From contig JANRKS010000032.1 in NCBI GenBank assembly GCA_033763315.1, positions 288,001 to 352,000 of the forward strand: DNA of 64,000 nucleotides, written 5' to 3'. Shown here one piece after another: positions 48,909-58,190 of the stretch. How positions within the stretch are numbered: position 1 is the stretch's first letter; each line of letters begins with the position of its first letter. Made by a program: the position numbers and the translations under genes. This DNA comes from Deltaproteobacteria bacterium (lineage in GTDB: Bacteria > Myxococcota_A > Polyangia > Fen-1088). The notes below the pieces were generated by a model. It ran no database searches and had not been told where the DNA came from. It worked only from the letters and a program-made list of their open reading frames with translations.

Positions 48909-49025
48909 CTTGTTTCCTTAGCTGTAGGCAAATGGGTGCACAGGTGCGTCACGCAGTGTGAACACCTGCCCGCCGCTTTATGGTTCCCCGCTGCCGTCTG
49001 CAGATCTCAGCGGCCCTAGAAGATT

Positions 49026-49623
49026 TCACTTTTTTGCGCTTCTGGCACCTAACCACGAGTCGGTGTCGCCTCCAATGTCGAAAGCGCGCGCGAAAATGCC
49101 ATCGATGTCCATCACCGCGCCAGCCTGCAGGGTGAGTCGCTCACCGGCCCCCGCTGAGCGGTACGTCCAAGTGCCTCCGTCATCCCGCCCGAAGTGCTCG
49201 ATTCTGGCCTCGGTTTGCGACACCAGGACGTAGTCGCGAAGAGACGCAAGGCGCTGGTAGCCGTCCGACTTGAGGCCACGATCGTACGATTCCGTGGATG
49301 CCGACAGCACTTCCACGATTACCTGAGGGTTCACAAGCACGTCGTTGGTGCCGGTCTCTAATTCGGGCGGGCCGCAAACGACGCTAAGGTCGGGATAGAC
49401 GTACCGTTCACCCGCCAGCGCCACCTTCTGGTTGGAAGAAGACGAAACAGCCCTTGTCGTCCAGCGCCGCACTTAGCGCCGCGCTCACTCGGGCGGTAAG
49501 CAAATTGTGGCGAGGGGTTCCGCCGGCCATCGCGAACACTCCGCCGCGGAAATACTCGTGACGCCCGGACCGGGACCGCTCCCAATCTAGGTATTGAGCA
49601 GGCGCGAATTCTGACTTTTCCAC
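49026..49623 (-). pseudogene. Uma2-family endonuclease, frameshifted
   Basis: N-half (YLDWER..RHEYFRG.VFAMAGGTPRHNL) and C-half (YVYPDLSVVC..IVEVLSASTESYDRGLK..DYVLVSQ) are in different frames, breaking at TCTTCTTC near 49435-49442. Confidence 0.85.
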
Positions 49624-49771
49624 GAGGCGCGTCCCGAACGAAAGGTACCACAAGGGTCTTCTGCCGATTCGGGACGTTGGTGCCGGATCCTCAGCTAGGT
49701 TCAAAACATCGCCCGCGCGTCAATTCATGCTTGAGCGGTGCCTTGAACCGACCTAACTAGATACCTCGCCC

Positions 49772-51190
49772 ATGAGCATGCCTGACGCCACTGATGCCGC
49801 ATTGTCTGCCTCCACGGAAGTGGGCGGGGGCGCGGCTACGAGCGCCGCCACCGCGGTGCTGGTACCGGCTGGCAATGCGGCCTTGGGGGGGCGAACGCGC
49901 TCTGAACTAGGGGCGGCGCCGCCGTTCAGCGTGGGTAGCCAAGGGGTGCTTTTCGGGCGGAAACCGCATGGGCACGCGCCGCATGTGTTTGCGCTTTCGC
50001 ATCCGCAGGCTTCGGGCCAGCACGCATGGATTCGTTCTGTGGAAGGTTTCTGGCTGGCTGACAACAACAGCACCAACGGTACGTTTCTCAACGGCCGGAG
50101 GTTGTCGGCTCCCGCGCCTTTGCGCGACGGCGATTGGATCTATGCGGGCGGCGAGGCGTTTGTGTTTCGCTGGGCCAACCCGCAGGAGCTTGAGGCCATT
50201 GATGGCGAGCTGTTGCAGCCGTTTGGTCCGGTGCCCACGCGGCAACCGCGGTTCGCACGTCTGTTGCGTCGTTTGCGCTTTTTGGCGGAGACCACAAGCG
50301 AGCTGCTGTTGGTGGGCGAAACGGGGGTGGGCAAGGAAGTGTATGCGCGCGCGGTTCACGAATACAGCCAACGCAAAGGCGCATTCGTTGCCATCAATTG
50401 CGCGGCCATTCCTGCTGAATTGGTGGAAAGCGAACTGTTCGGCTTCATGCGCGGCGCGCACTCGCAGGCGAAAGAGGGCAAGGCCGGTGTGATCGCCGAA
50501 GCCCATGGCGGCACGTTGCTGTTGGATGAAATTGGCGACATGCCCGCCACCGCGCAAGCCAAGCTGCTGCGGTTCGTGCAAACCAAAGAGGTTTGGCCTT
50601 TGGGCGCCACCAGTGCACGCAAAGTGGACGTGCGCATCATTGGCGCCACCAGCCACTTGCTTGCCCAAACAGGTGCCCCCGGTGTGCGAGAAGAATTGAT
50701 GGCACGCCTTGGCGCCAACCCGCCTGTGTTGCCACCCTTGTGTGATCGTCGCGAAGACATCGGCGAATTGATCGCCCACTTCATGGGAAAGGCAGTCAAG
50801 CCCATCGACGCCGCTGCCTTTCTGGCCTTGATGACATACCCCTGGCCCCGCAACGTGCGCGAGCTTGAGGCCGTGATCAAAGAGGCATTGGTGTTCAGCA
50901 AAGGCGAAGCCACTGTGACGCGTGAACATCTGCCACCCTTTGTCACGCAAGCGACACCACCCACAGCTCCACAAACTGTGGCACCTCCGCCGCAGATGCG
51001 CCCCGTGGCGCCCACCGAAGAAGTACGCCGCGTGCCTCGCGCAATGCCTTCAAGAGAAGAGCTAGAGGCTTTGCTGGAGCAATACCGCGGCAACGTGAAT
51101 CACGTGGCCCGCAAGCTAGAGCGCGAGTGGAAGGTTGTGAAACGCGCGGTAGATCGATACGGAATCGATCTCACTCGGTTTCGCACGTGA
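49772..51190 (+). CDS. FHA-domain sigma54-type enhancer-binding protein with atypical loop 1 (GAHSQA)
   Basis: FHA motifs FGR, SGQH, STNGT. AAA+ motifs GETGVGKE, INCAAIP, ESELFG, LLLDEIG, WPRNVREL. C-terminal Fis-like HTH (GNVNHVARKL). Confidence 0.93.
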   Translation: MSMPDATDAALSASTEVGGGAATSAATAVLVPAGNAALGGRTRSELGAAPPFSVGSQGVLFGRKPHGHAPHVFALSHPQASGQHAWIRSVEGFWLADNNSTNGTFLNGRRLSAPAPLRDGDWIYAGGEAFVFRWANPQELEAIDGELLQPFGPVPTRQPRFARLLRRLRFLAETTSELLLVGETGVGKEVYARAVHEYSQRKGAFVAINCAAIPAELVESELFGFMRGAHSQAKEGKAGVIAEAHGGTLLLDEIGDMPATAQAKLLRFVQTKEVWPLGATSARKVDVRIIGATSHLLAQTGAPGVREELMARLGANPPVLPPLCDRREDIGELIAHFMGKAVKPIDAAAFLALMTYPWPRNVRELEAVIKEALVFSKGEATVTREHLPPFVTQATPPTAPQTVAPPPQMRPVAPTEEVRRVPRAMPSREELEALLEQYRGNVNHVARKLEREWKVVKRAVDRYGIDLTRFRT

Positions 51191-51194
51191 CGTT

Positions 51195-54100
51195 TTACAA
51201 GAGCAAGACGCGCAGGTCCGGCGTATTCAAGTCGATGCCCAGCTCGCGCGCTTGCCGAACAACGTCTCGGTTTTCGGGGATGTTGTGCAAGTAGGTGAGT
51301 TGGTACTTGGGCGCGGTGATCCTGGTCGTGAGGTGGGCAAGGCGTTGGGCATTGCCTCGTGCAGTGGCGACGGCGTCTTCGTGGCGGCCGACGGCTAGAA
51401 GGCAATCGACGTAGGTGGAGCGGGCGAGCATTTCGCCGTCCATGAGTGGCTTCTTTGCGAATACCGCCTCCATAGCGACGCGGGACATGGCTATGGCGGA
51501 CGTGATTTGCCTCGAAGCCAAGAGAACTTTTGCGCGTACGGAAGCCGCGAGAGGAACAAACGCAGTATGATTTTTGGAGGCCTCGACACTCTCGGCCGAA
51601 GCAAGCTGGGCGCTCGGAACATCACCGAGGTTAAGATAGGCCTGCGCCATGACGGCCATGCAGTACCAGATGTTGTCGCCGTTGCATTCGCGCAACTTGC
51701 TTAGAACACTGTGGCCCTCTCTCAAGGTGCGTCCAGGATCACCGGTTCGAAGATAGATTGCGAGTAGATTTGCGTCCACACCCAGTTGAAGCGAGAGCAA
51801 GTTGAGTGACAGGGTCTTTTGCCGGATCTGGTTCAGACCATCCTGGGCTCCTCGATAGTCTCCAAGATCAGCAAGGGCGACGGACGCGTAGAAATCAGCG
51901 TTGAGTTCATATTTCAAATCTCCCGCCGATCGAAAAGCTGCGACGGCCTGGGTGAACGCGGTGATTGCTTTGAGTGGATCACCACCAGATAAGATTCTCG
52001 TACCGTCTGACACGAGCCAGTGACCGAGAGTGCATTCGTCGAGCGTCTCCGTCCGAAATTGCAACAAAAAGGCCATTGCTGGCTCATCGCCCAAGAAAAT
52101 GCACGCAGTTACTGCCGCCGCAAGAGCTTTCTGCGTATCCAATGCCGCCAGGCTGTCTAGCTCAGCTGACAGCCGTGTTGCGAAGGTCACGGCATCTCGA
52201 TGTTTGCTGAGGTTGATGAGGCACACCATAAAATGCAAGTACCCGGTTCTAGCGGCGTTTGGCGGCAACCGGTTGAAAGCTTCATGAAAGTAGTTTTCGG
52301 CTTGCTCGAAGTCTCCTCTCCAAGTGAGGGCTTCGGCTTGCAGCATTCTCAGCGAGCCGTGTAGTTCTCCTTGAGCACCGTTTGCCAACCCGCGCTGTCC
52401 GAATGCGATGGCCTGATTGACATCCGCCCCAGCCATTGCGTCCTTCGCGGCTGCGCAGCACCACAGTGCTGCCTTGTCGCCGCTGCCGCCTTGTTCAAAA
52501 TGCTCGACGAGTTCAGAAGGAACAGGAGGGAACGAATCAGCCTCTAACCATAGCCCTGCGGCCAAGTGTGCGGCTTTCCGATCTGCTTGAGTGATCATGT
52601 CGTAGGCTGCATCGCGCAATAGCGCGTGGCGAAATGCAAATTCATTCTGGTCGTTATGCTCCCGCATATAGATAATTTCCTTGTCCGATAGGAGATCAAG
52701 GGATCGCTCTATTGACGTCGAGGCGTCAGGCTTAAGAAGAGCGTTCAAACCCGCAAAGGCGAACCGTTCACCAAACACGCTGGCTGCGCGAAGTACTCGC
52801 TTGGCCTCCTCGCCCAGTGCATCAAACCGCGCTTGGATGACGCCCAACACACTGCTCGGCGCGGCGTCTTCACGCTCCAATGCTGAGCGCACATCCTGCG
52901 CGCGGAGCAACTCTTCCAAGAAAAATGGGTTACCATCGCAGTGCCGCGTAAGCCGCGCCACAAGCTCTGGCGCCGCCTCCGGCAGAACCTCACTTACGAG
53001 CTGTGTGAGCGCGCTGGCTGGGAGCGGGCGCAAGTTCACGTGCTCAAGCGACCGGGCTCTCCACAACCTTGGAAAGCGCATCTCGATCTCTGGCCGAGCA
53101 AACGCTGCCACGAATATTGGCCGATCGCGATAGACGCGCATCGCATCGTCGATTGCCTGAACGCTCGGAGAATCACCCCAATGAAGATCTTCTAGCACGA
53201 GCACCAAGGGCTCGTCTGCAGACACATGCTTCACGAACTCAAGCCACGCGAGCTTCGTTTGATCGCCCATGACGTGGGGATCTTTTCGGGCCGTCTGAAG
53301 CGATAAGAGGCCATCGTCTGAGAATGGCACACCCATCAATTCGCCCAAAAACGCAATCGTGCGGCGCTTGTGTTGCGGATCTGACTCTGATTCGTGGATG
53401 TGCCTGCCAATGTGCTTCAGAACCAGTGCCTGCTGTGTTGTTCGATCTTCGCTTCCGTGGATCTGTGCCTTCGAACGCAGCAGCGCCGCGACCACGCCGA
53501 GCGGCGCGTTGCTGCGCAACGGATCACCGCGCGCGATCAAGAAGTGAAGGCTGGGACGCTGGGCCTGCAGCGCTTGCATGAGCTCGAACCGGACGCGTGA
53601 CTTGCCACCGCCTGCGGGTGCCGTGACCAATATCGCGCGTGCCCCTGGTTCAATTACACATTCAGCAAAGATGGCTTGCAGATTGGCGAGTTCGCGCTGC
53701 CGGCCGACGCATGGCAAGACTTTGCCCAGCACCGTTCGTGGCGGTTCGAGTGAGTGCCGCTCTGCCTGCAACGTGAATACTTCGCCTTCTTCCGTGAGCT
53801 TCGATGCCACCTCGAACCGAGCTTGCAGCAGCGCCGCCACCGTTTCATCCACGCGGATCTCACCCTCTTGCGTTGAGCTTAGAAGTGCGGTGGTCACGTC
53901 AGCCAGATCTTGGTTACCGACGTCACTGAATTTGCGGCCCAGCCCTAGAGCGAACCGGCGATCTCCTGAAACTGTTCTAAGTGCCAACGCGCAACGGCCC
54001 GCATTCACCGCTTGATCCATCGGCGAATCTCCCGGCACCGTAACGAGCACCGTGCCGCCCAACAAGGTTTGCGCGCTTTTGGTCCAGGGCGCCACGCGCG

Positions 54101-55151
54101 ACAGAGTTTCTGAGACTTGCGTGGTCACAGGATGTTGATCGACTTCGCTACTCGCAGGTGAGATCAGTAGCAGTGCGTGCACGCGCCGTTCACCCGAGCC
54201 AATGCTTGACGGTTGCTGACGCGGCGGGGCCTCAGGGCGTGCAAGCAAGGTTGGTAGTACCCGTTCGAGGTTTTGCACCACAAGTTTTGCGTTGGGTGTA
54301 CGGCGTTCGCGATCTTTGAGCAGCAAGCCCGCGAGCACGTCCTGCAGGCCTGGATCAACGTCAGGGCACAGTTGAGCCAATGGCACATGATCGCTAAAAC
54401 AAATCTTTGCCAGCGTTGCCAACGCAGAATCGCCCACGAACAAAGGCTTTGCGAGCAAACACTCAAGCAGCACGCAGCCCAACGAAAACAGGTCGGCACG
54501 CCCATCGAGATCAGCTTCACCGCGCGCCTGTTCGGGCGCCATATACATCGGCGTGCCCACCCAGTGGCCCGTACCTGTGACACGCAGAAAATCAACGTGA
54601 CGGGCGATCCCGAAATCAAGCACCGTGACTTGATTGAGATCGTCATCCACCACCATGAGGTTTTCCGGCTTGATGTCGCGGTGAATGATGCCGTTGGCGT
54701 GCGCCATGGCCAAAGCCGAAGCCACGCGCATACCCACGCGCGCCGCATCCGCTTGTGACAGGGGCCCCTGCCGCAAGCGTTGCTTCAAGGTTTGCCCGCG
54801 CAGCAGAGCTGTGGCCACATAGCGCTCACCCGCTGCACTGACGCCATGATCGATGTAGGCCACGATCGCAGGGTGCGAGAGCGTGGCCAAAAGCGCGCCC
54901 TCGCGCGAGAACCGCTCCGCCAGGCCGGTGCCAGCGAAGATCTTCAGCGCCACATCGTGGCCCGTGGCGGTGTCCTCGGCCACCACAACGTGCCCCGACG
55001 AACCGCTGCCTAAGGCACCGCGCACACGAAAGCGGTCGGCGAATAGAGTGCCCGCCGCCAGCAGCCGCCCCAACGGCGCATGCCGCACGTCGGCCGGCTC
55101 TGTGCCTGCTGTGCCAGTCGTTCCGCGCTCGGGTATGACGAGCCGTGCCAC
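51195..55151 (-). CDS. Cytoplasmic Ser/Thr kinase + degenerate cyclase-like + STAND NTPase + TPR-like repeats
   Basis: GSGSSG; HRDIKPEN; DFG; GTPMYMAPE; GRQRELA; APAGGGKSR; LEDLHW; GNPFFLEEL; [12 protein letters not shown]; helical tail ending YLHNIPENR. Confidence 0.92.
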   Translation of the reverse strand: MARLVIPERGTTGTAGTEPADVRHAPLGRLLAAGTLFADRFRVRGALGSGSSGHVVVAEDTATGHDVALKIFAGTGLAERFSREGALLATLSHPAIVAYIDHGVSAAGERYVATALLRGQTLKQRLRQGPLSQADAARVGMRVASALAMAHANGIIHRDIKPENLMVVDDDLNQVTVLDFGIARHVDFLRVTGTGHWVGTPMYMAPEQARGEADLDGRADLFSLGCVLLECLLAKPLFVGDSALATLAKICFSDHVPLAQLCPDVDPGLQDVLAGLLLKDRERRTPNAKLVVQNLERVLPTLLARPEAPPRQQPSSIGSGERRVHALLLISPASSEVDQHPVTTQVSETLSRVAPWTKSAQTLLGGTVLVTVPGDSPMDQAVNAGRCALALRTVSGDRRFALGLGRKFSDVGNQDLADVTTALLSSTQEGEIRVDETVAALLQARFEVASKLTEEGEVFTLQAERHSLEPPRTVLGKVLPCVGRQRELANLQAIFAECVIEPGARAILVTAPAGGGKSRVRFELMQALQAQRPSLHFLIARGDPLRSNAPLGVVAALLRSKAQIHGSEDRTTQQALVLKHIGRHIHESESDPQHKRRTIAFLGELMGVPFSDDGLLSLQTARKDPHVMGDQTKLAWLEFVKHVSADEPLVLVLEDLHWGDSPSVQAIDDAMRVYRDRPIFVAAFARPEIEMRFPRLWRARSLEHVNLRPLPASALTQLVSEVLPEAAPELVARLTRHCDGNPFFLEELLRAQDVRSALEREDAAPSSVLGVIQARFDALGEEAKRVLRAASVFGERFAFAGLNALLKPDASTSIERSLDLLSDKEIIYMREHNDQNEFAFRHALLRDAAYDMITQADRKAAHLAAGLWLEADSFPPVPSELVEHFEQGGSGDKAALWCCAAAKDAMAGADVNQAIAFGQRGLANGAQGELHGSLRMLQAEALTWRGDFEQAENYFHEAFNRLPPNAARTGYLHFMVCLINLSKHRDAVTFATRLSAELDSLAALDTQKALAAAVTACIFLGDEPAMAFLLQFRTETLDECTLGHWLVSDGTRILSGGDPLKAITAFTQAVAAFRSAGDLKYELNADFYASVALADLGDYRGAQDGLNQIRQKTLSLNLLSLQLGVDANLLAIYLRTGDPGRTLREGHSVLSKLRECNGDNIWYCMAVMAQAYLNLGDVPSAQLASAESVEASKNHTAFVPLAASVRAKVLLASRQITSAIAMSRVAMEAVFAKKPLMDGEMLARSTYVDCLLAVGRHEDAVATARGNAQRLAHLTTRITAPKYQLTYLHNIPENRDVVRQARELGIDLNTPDLRVLLL

Positions 55152-55344
55152 GACCGAGCCAATATCACTATTTGGCGGCTGGTGCCAGGTGAGTTACCGG
55201 CGCGTTCCGCTCGGCCTATTCACGTTCCGGGACGATAAGAACGGCACTAAGGATCGGTCGGGTCAGTGGCCTGTGATATGTCCGTTAATCTCGTGAGTTT
55301 GCGGGCGCCACGATGTGTTACGCCCCTGATGTGGCGCGGTTTGC

Positions 55345-55599
55345 TTGCCACTTTCCCCTGTCACGGGGCATACCTTTGAGGCGATGAAGACGGCAGAGCA
55401 GACGGCCCGGGCAGAGGCAGAGCGCCTCGCCAATGAACAAGCCGCTGCGGATGGCAACGCGCTGCCGTTCCCAAATCCCTGGGATGCCATCGATCCTACC
55501 AAAGTCTCTCAAGATGCCTCGCCCGAAGAGCTACAGGAGTCTTACCTGCGGTGGAGTCAACTGTGTCGCAAACGACCCCGCAAAGTGCACCTACTCTAG
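55345..55599 (+). CDS. Small hypothetical protein
   Basis: 84-aa ORF with helical N-half and PFPNPWD motif; could start at MKTAEQ (GAGG just upstream). Confidence 0.55.
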   Translation: MPLSPVTGHTFEAMKTAEQTARAEAERLANEQAAADGNALPFPNPWDAIDPTKVSQDASPEELQESYLRWSQLCRKRPRKVHLL

Positions 55600-55742
55600 C
55601 GTCTTACCTGGGTTTGTTGCGCCGCCTGGATGCTTGATGGGATTGTGGCCGACGCAGCGGCGTTGGGGCTATCGATCGAGAAATGGCCTCAACCTCGAAG
55701 CGTGCCTGTTGCGGTTTTTCGTTGGGCCTGCGTGCAGCCGCA

Positions 55743-56168
55743 CTAACCGTCGGAGATCAGGGCTGCCATGGCGCCCGAACGAAATAGCGAAACGAGCGCC
55801 TCTACAAAATCGGAATCGAAACGTTCGGAGCCTGAAATCAGGGCCTCGGAGAAGGCTGGGTTCGCTTGTATCAACGCTTCGGGCGTCACGAAGCCCATTC
55901 GCCAATCCATGAAGCTTCTTGTGGAGGTTGGCTGCCGTGAAAGGACGTTCACATCATGGTGCCGAGGATCCTGCTGCACTTTCGCGAAGATCGCATCGAC
56001 GTCAGCTTCCTTGCCTTCGAGCATCTGAAAGAACAGGCCGTCGCGGTAGAGCAATATGCCGCCCACGCCGCGTTTGAAGTTGTTCTTGCGCGATTTGGTC
56101 AGCAACGCCAAGAGTTCGTCGTCCGTCATTGGCGCGGCGGCTTTGCTTACGTATGCCAGTTGAATCAT
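55743..56168 (-). CDS. Stand-alone BLUF blue-light sensor
   Basis: LAYVS (Tyr); RKNN; GILLY; FFQMLEG (Gln); DPRH; FMDWRMGF (Trp/Met). Confidence 0.93.
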   Translation of the reverse strand: MIQLAYVSKAAAPMTDDELLALLTKSRKNNFKRGVGGILLYRDGLFFQMLEGKEADVDAIFAKVQQDPRHHDVNVLSRQPTSTRSFMDWRMGFVTPEALIQANPAFSEALISGSERFDSDFVEALVSLFRSGAMAALISDG

Positions 56169-56293
56169 TTGAGTGCGCTTCTATCCGTGGGGGCTGAGCT
56201 TGTGGCTCCTCCTCATAAACGGCATCGCGCGCTCGTGACTTTAGTTTGGCCGCCGCCTGGGGCGCCACGGTAACGTGCGTCTAGGCGCTTCTC

Positions 56294-57082
56294 TTATTGG
56301 CAAGCGGGAGCGACGTCAGACGCCACCCCTTGGGTGTCCATAAAGAACACCTTTCGGAAATAGTTTGTCTCGTCGTCGGGCTTGTCGGCTGGTGCTGCAT
56401 TTGGAATGTACGTCCACAGCCATTCGGCCCCGCTATCTGGGAATACTTGACTCCAAGGCGGTATCCCCGAGGCACCGAGCGACGTCGCGGCAGCCCATTG
56501 TTTGTCATCGAAGTTGAGATCAATCCAATTTGCAGGCGCCGTTGCACTGGCGCGCCAGGTGGAATCTGTTTTGACGTACTTTGTTTGGTTGGCCGCCGTG
56601 TACACCAACTCGGCGATGGCACCGCGATCCAGACCCCCTTGCTCATAAGCGTTCTTGCACTCGAAAGCGATCACGTTGCGCTTCTGCGGGTATAAGTACA
56701 CCTTTACATCGTATTCCTTCAGCGTGGACCACAGGCTTGTGGGTGCGTCCACCAGCACACCGTTGAAATAGATTTTGACGAAGTCGTCGCAGGTCACGCG
56801 AAGCCGGGCCGTGGCTTCCGCGGTGGGCGCCACGTTGCACGGGGGCGCATCCACACCCGCATCGGCCGGCGTTGCATCCACCCCGGCATCAAGCGCAAGG
56901 CTTCCATCGCCACTGGTGTCCCCGGGTCTTTGATCCATGGCTGCCACATCCATGAGCGCGTCGCTGCCGCCGTTGATTGTGCCGCCGTCCAAGCTTGGCG
57001 TACGACTCTCGTCATCCGAACACGCCACCAGACCCGCAGCGCTGGCGGCCACGAACAGACCCAATCGAATGCACCGTTTCAT
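56294..57082 (-). CDS. Lipoprotein with jelly-roll/lectin-like domain
   Basis: Lipobox LVAC; acidic linker; TCDDFVKIYFNG; KTDSTW; FDDKQW; AEWLW; YFRK. Confidence 0.75.
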   Translation of the reverse strand: MKRCIRLGLFVAASAAGLVACSDDESRTPSLDGGTINGGSDALMDVAAMDQRPGDTSGDGSLALDAGVDATPADAGVDAPPCNVAPTAEATARLRVTCDDFVKIYFNGVLVDAPTSLWSTLKEYDVKVYLYPQKRNVIAFECKNAYEQGGLDRGAIAELVYTAANQTKYVKTDSTWRASATAPANWIDLNFDDKQWAAATSLGASGIPPWSQVFPDSGAEWLWTYIPNAAPADKPDDETNYFRKVFFMDTQGVASDVAPACQ

Positions 57083-57164
57083 TGCCGGATCATGCCTGTT
57101 AATGCGAGCTTGTCGATGTGGTCACAAGTGGCAGGGAAGCCTGCCCGCCATGCCCTGCGTTGGC

Positions 57165-57270
57165 ACGCGCCTTGTACATTTCGCTGGCCACCCAGGTCTC
57201 GAAAACGGCGCCTCGTAAAGGGTGTGTTTGCAGCTGCTCTGGTGAACGAATGCCCAGCAGGAAGCACTTA
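57165..57270 (-). pseudogene. Internal remnant of a second AAA_14/DUF4143 ATPase
   Basis: CFLLGIRSPEQLQTHPLRGAVFETWVASEMYK parallels HHLLNISSQSELDAHPIRGASWETFVLEDL in the 42580 gene; no flanking domains. Confidence 0.75.
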
Positions 57271-57296
57271 ACTTTCGATCCATGCAACCTGATGCG

Positions 57297-58151
57297 TTAT
57301 AGGTCGGAGGCACCTGTGCGCGCGAGCTCAAGTACGAGCGCGTACGCTTGCCGCCTTGGCACGCCCGTGTCGAACGCCAGCTTCTGGGCGGCATCTTTGG
57401 CTGAGAGGCCGGCGGCCAGCAGCGCGCGCGCTTGATCTTCCAGTGTCACTTCCGAATCGCTAGTGGCCCCCGCCTCATGCGCGCCGGCGACCACCAAGGT
57501 GATCTCGCCGAGCGGCCGCTCGTGTTCGTATTGCGCAAACAACTGCGACAGCGGCGCGCGCACGAACTCTTCGTAGGTCTTTGTTAATTCACGTGCAACT
57601 GTGGCGGGGCGATCGCCCAGCACGGCCAGCATGTCGGCCAACGTTTCGGCGGTGCGCATCGGCGATTCGAAGAAGATAAGGGTGGCCGCAAGCTGTTTGA
57701 CTTCACCGATGGCCTGGCGACGCGCGCCTTGTTTGCGCGGCAAGAACCCGCCGAAATAGAACTTATCGGTGGCCAAGCCTGACGCCACCAACGCACACAG
57801 CACCGCCGATGGTCCAGGCACGGGCACCACACGCACGCCCGCTGCGATCGCCGCTTGCACCATGCGGTAGCCCGGGTCCGATACCGCGGGCGTGCCGGCT
57901 TCGCTAAACAGCGCCACCGTTTTGCCGGCGGCAAAGTGCGCGGCCACTTCCTCGGCGCGTTGAGCTTCGTTGCCGTCGAAGCACGATTGCACCGATCGCG
58001 GGATGCCCAGTTCATTCAACAAGCGTGCGGCCGTGCGCGTGTCTTCGGCGTAAAGCACGTCAGCGGTGCGCAGAACGTCGGTGCCTCGGGGCGATAAGTC
58101 CTGAAGGTTGCCCAAGGGCGTGGATACCAAATAAAGCGCGGCGCCCGACAT
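57297..58151 (-). CDS. rsmI: 16S rRNA (cytidine1402-2'-O)-methyltransferase
   Basis: LYLVSTPLGNLQDLSPR; AEDTR; SEAGTPAVSDPG; PVPGPSA; FFESPMR; ARELTKTYEE; GEITLVV. Confidence 0.95.
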   Translation of the reverse strand: MSGAALYLVSTPLGNLQDLSPRGTDVLRTADVLYAEDTRTAARLLNELGIPRSVQSCFDGNEAQRAEEVAAHFAAGKTVALFSEAGTPAVSDPGYRMVQAAIAAGVRVVPVPGPSAVLCALVASGLATDKFYFGGFLPRKQGARRQAIGEVKQLAATLIFFESPMRTAETLADMLAVLGDRPATVARELTKTYEEFVRAPLSQLFAQYEHERPLGEITLVVAGAHEAGATSDSEVTLEDQARALLAAGLSAKDAAQKLAFDTGVPRRQAYALVLELARTGASDL

Positions 58152-58190
58152 GGCGGGACCATAGCCCAAAATTGCTGCGCGATCGGGCCC

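Noticed and set aside
48941-48968. CAGGTG...CACCTG hairpin
   Set aside because: Short and imperfect with no U-tract; at most a weak terminator for the Uma2 remnant.
55152-55344. Search for a second peptide gene or sigma54 promoter upstream of kinase 3 (GATAAGAACGGCACT resembles GATAACGGCACT at 48736)
   Set aside because: No TT/-12 element at the right spacing, no RBS-led short ORF and no terminator; probably chance.
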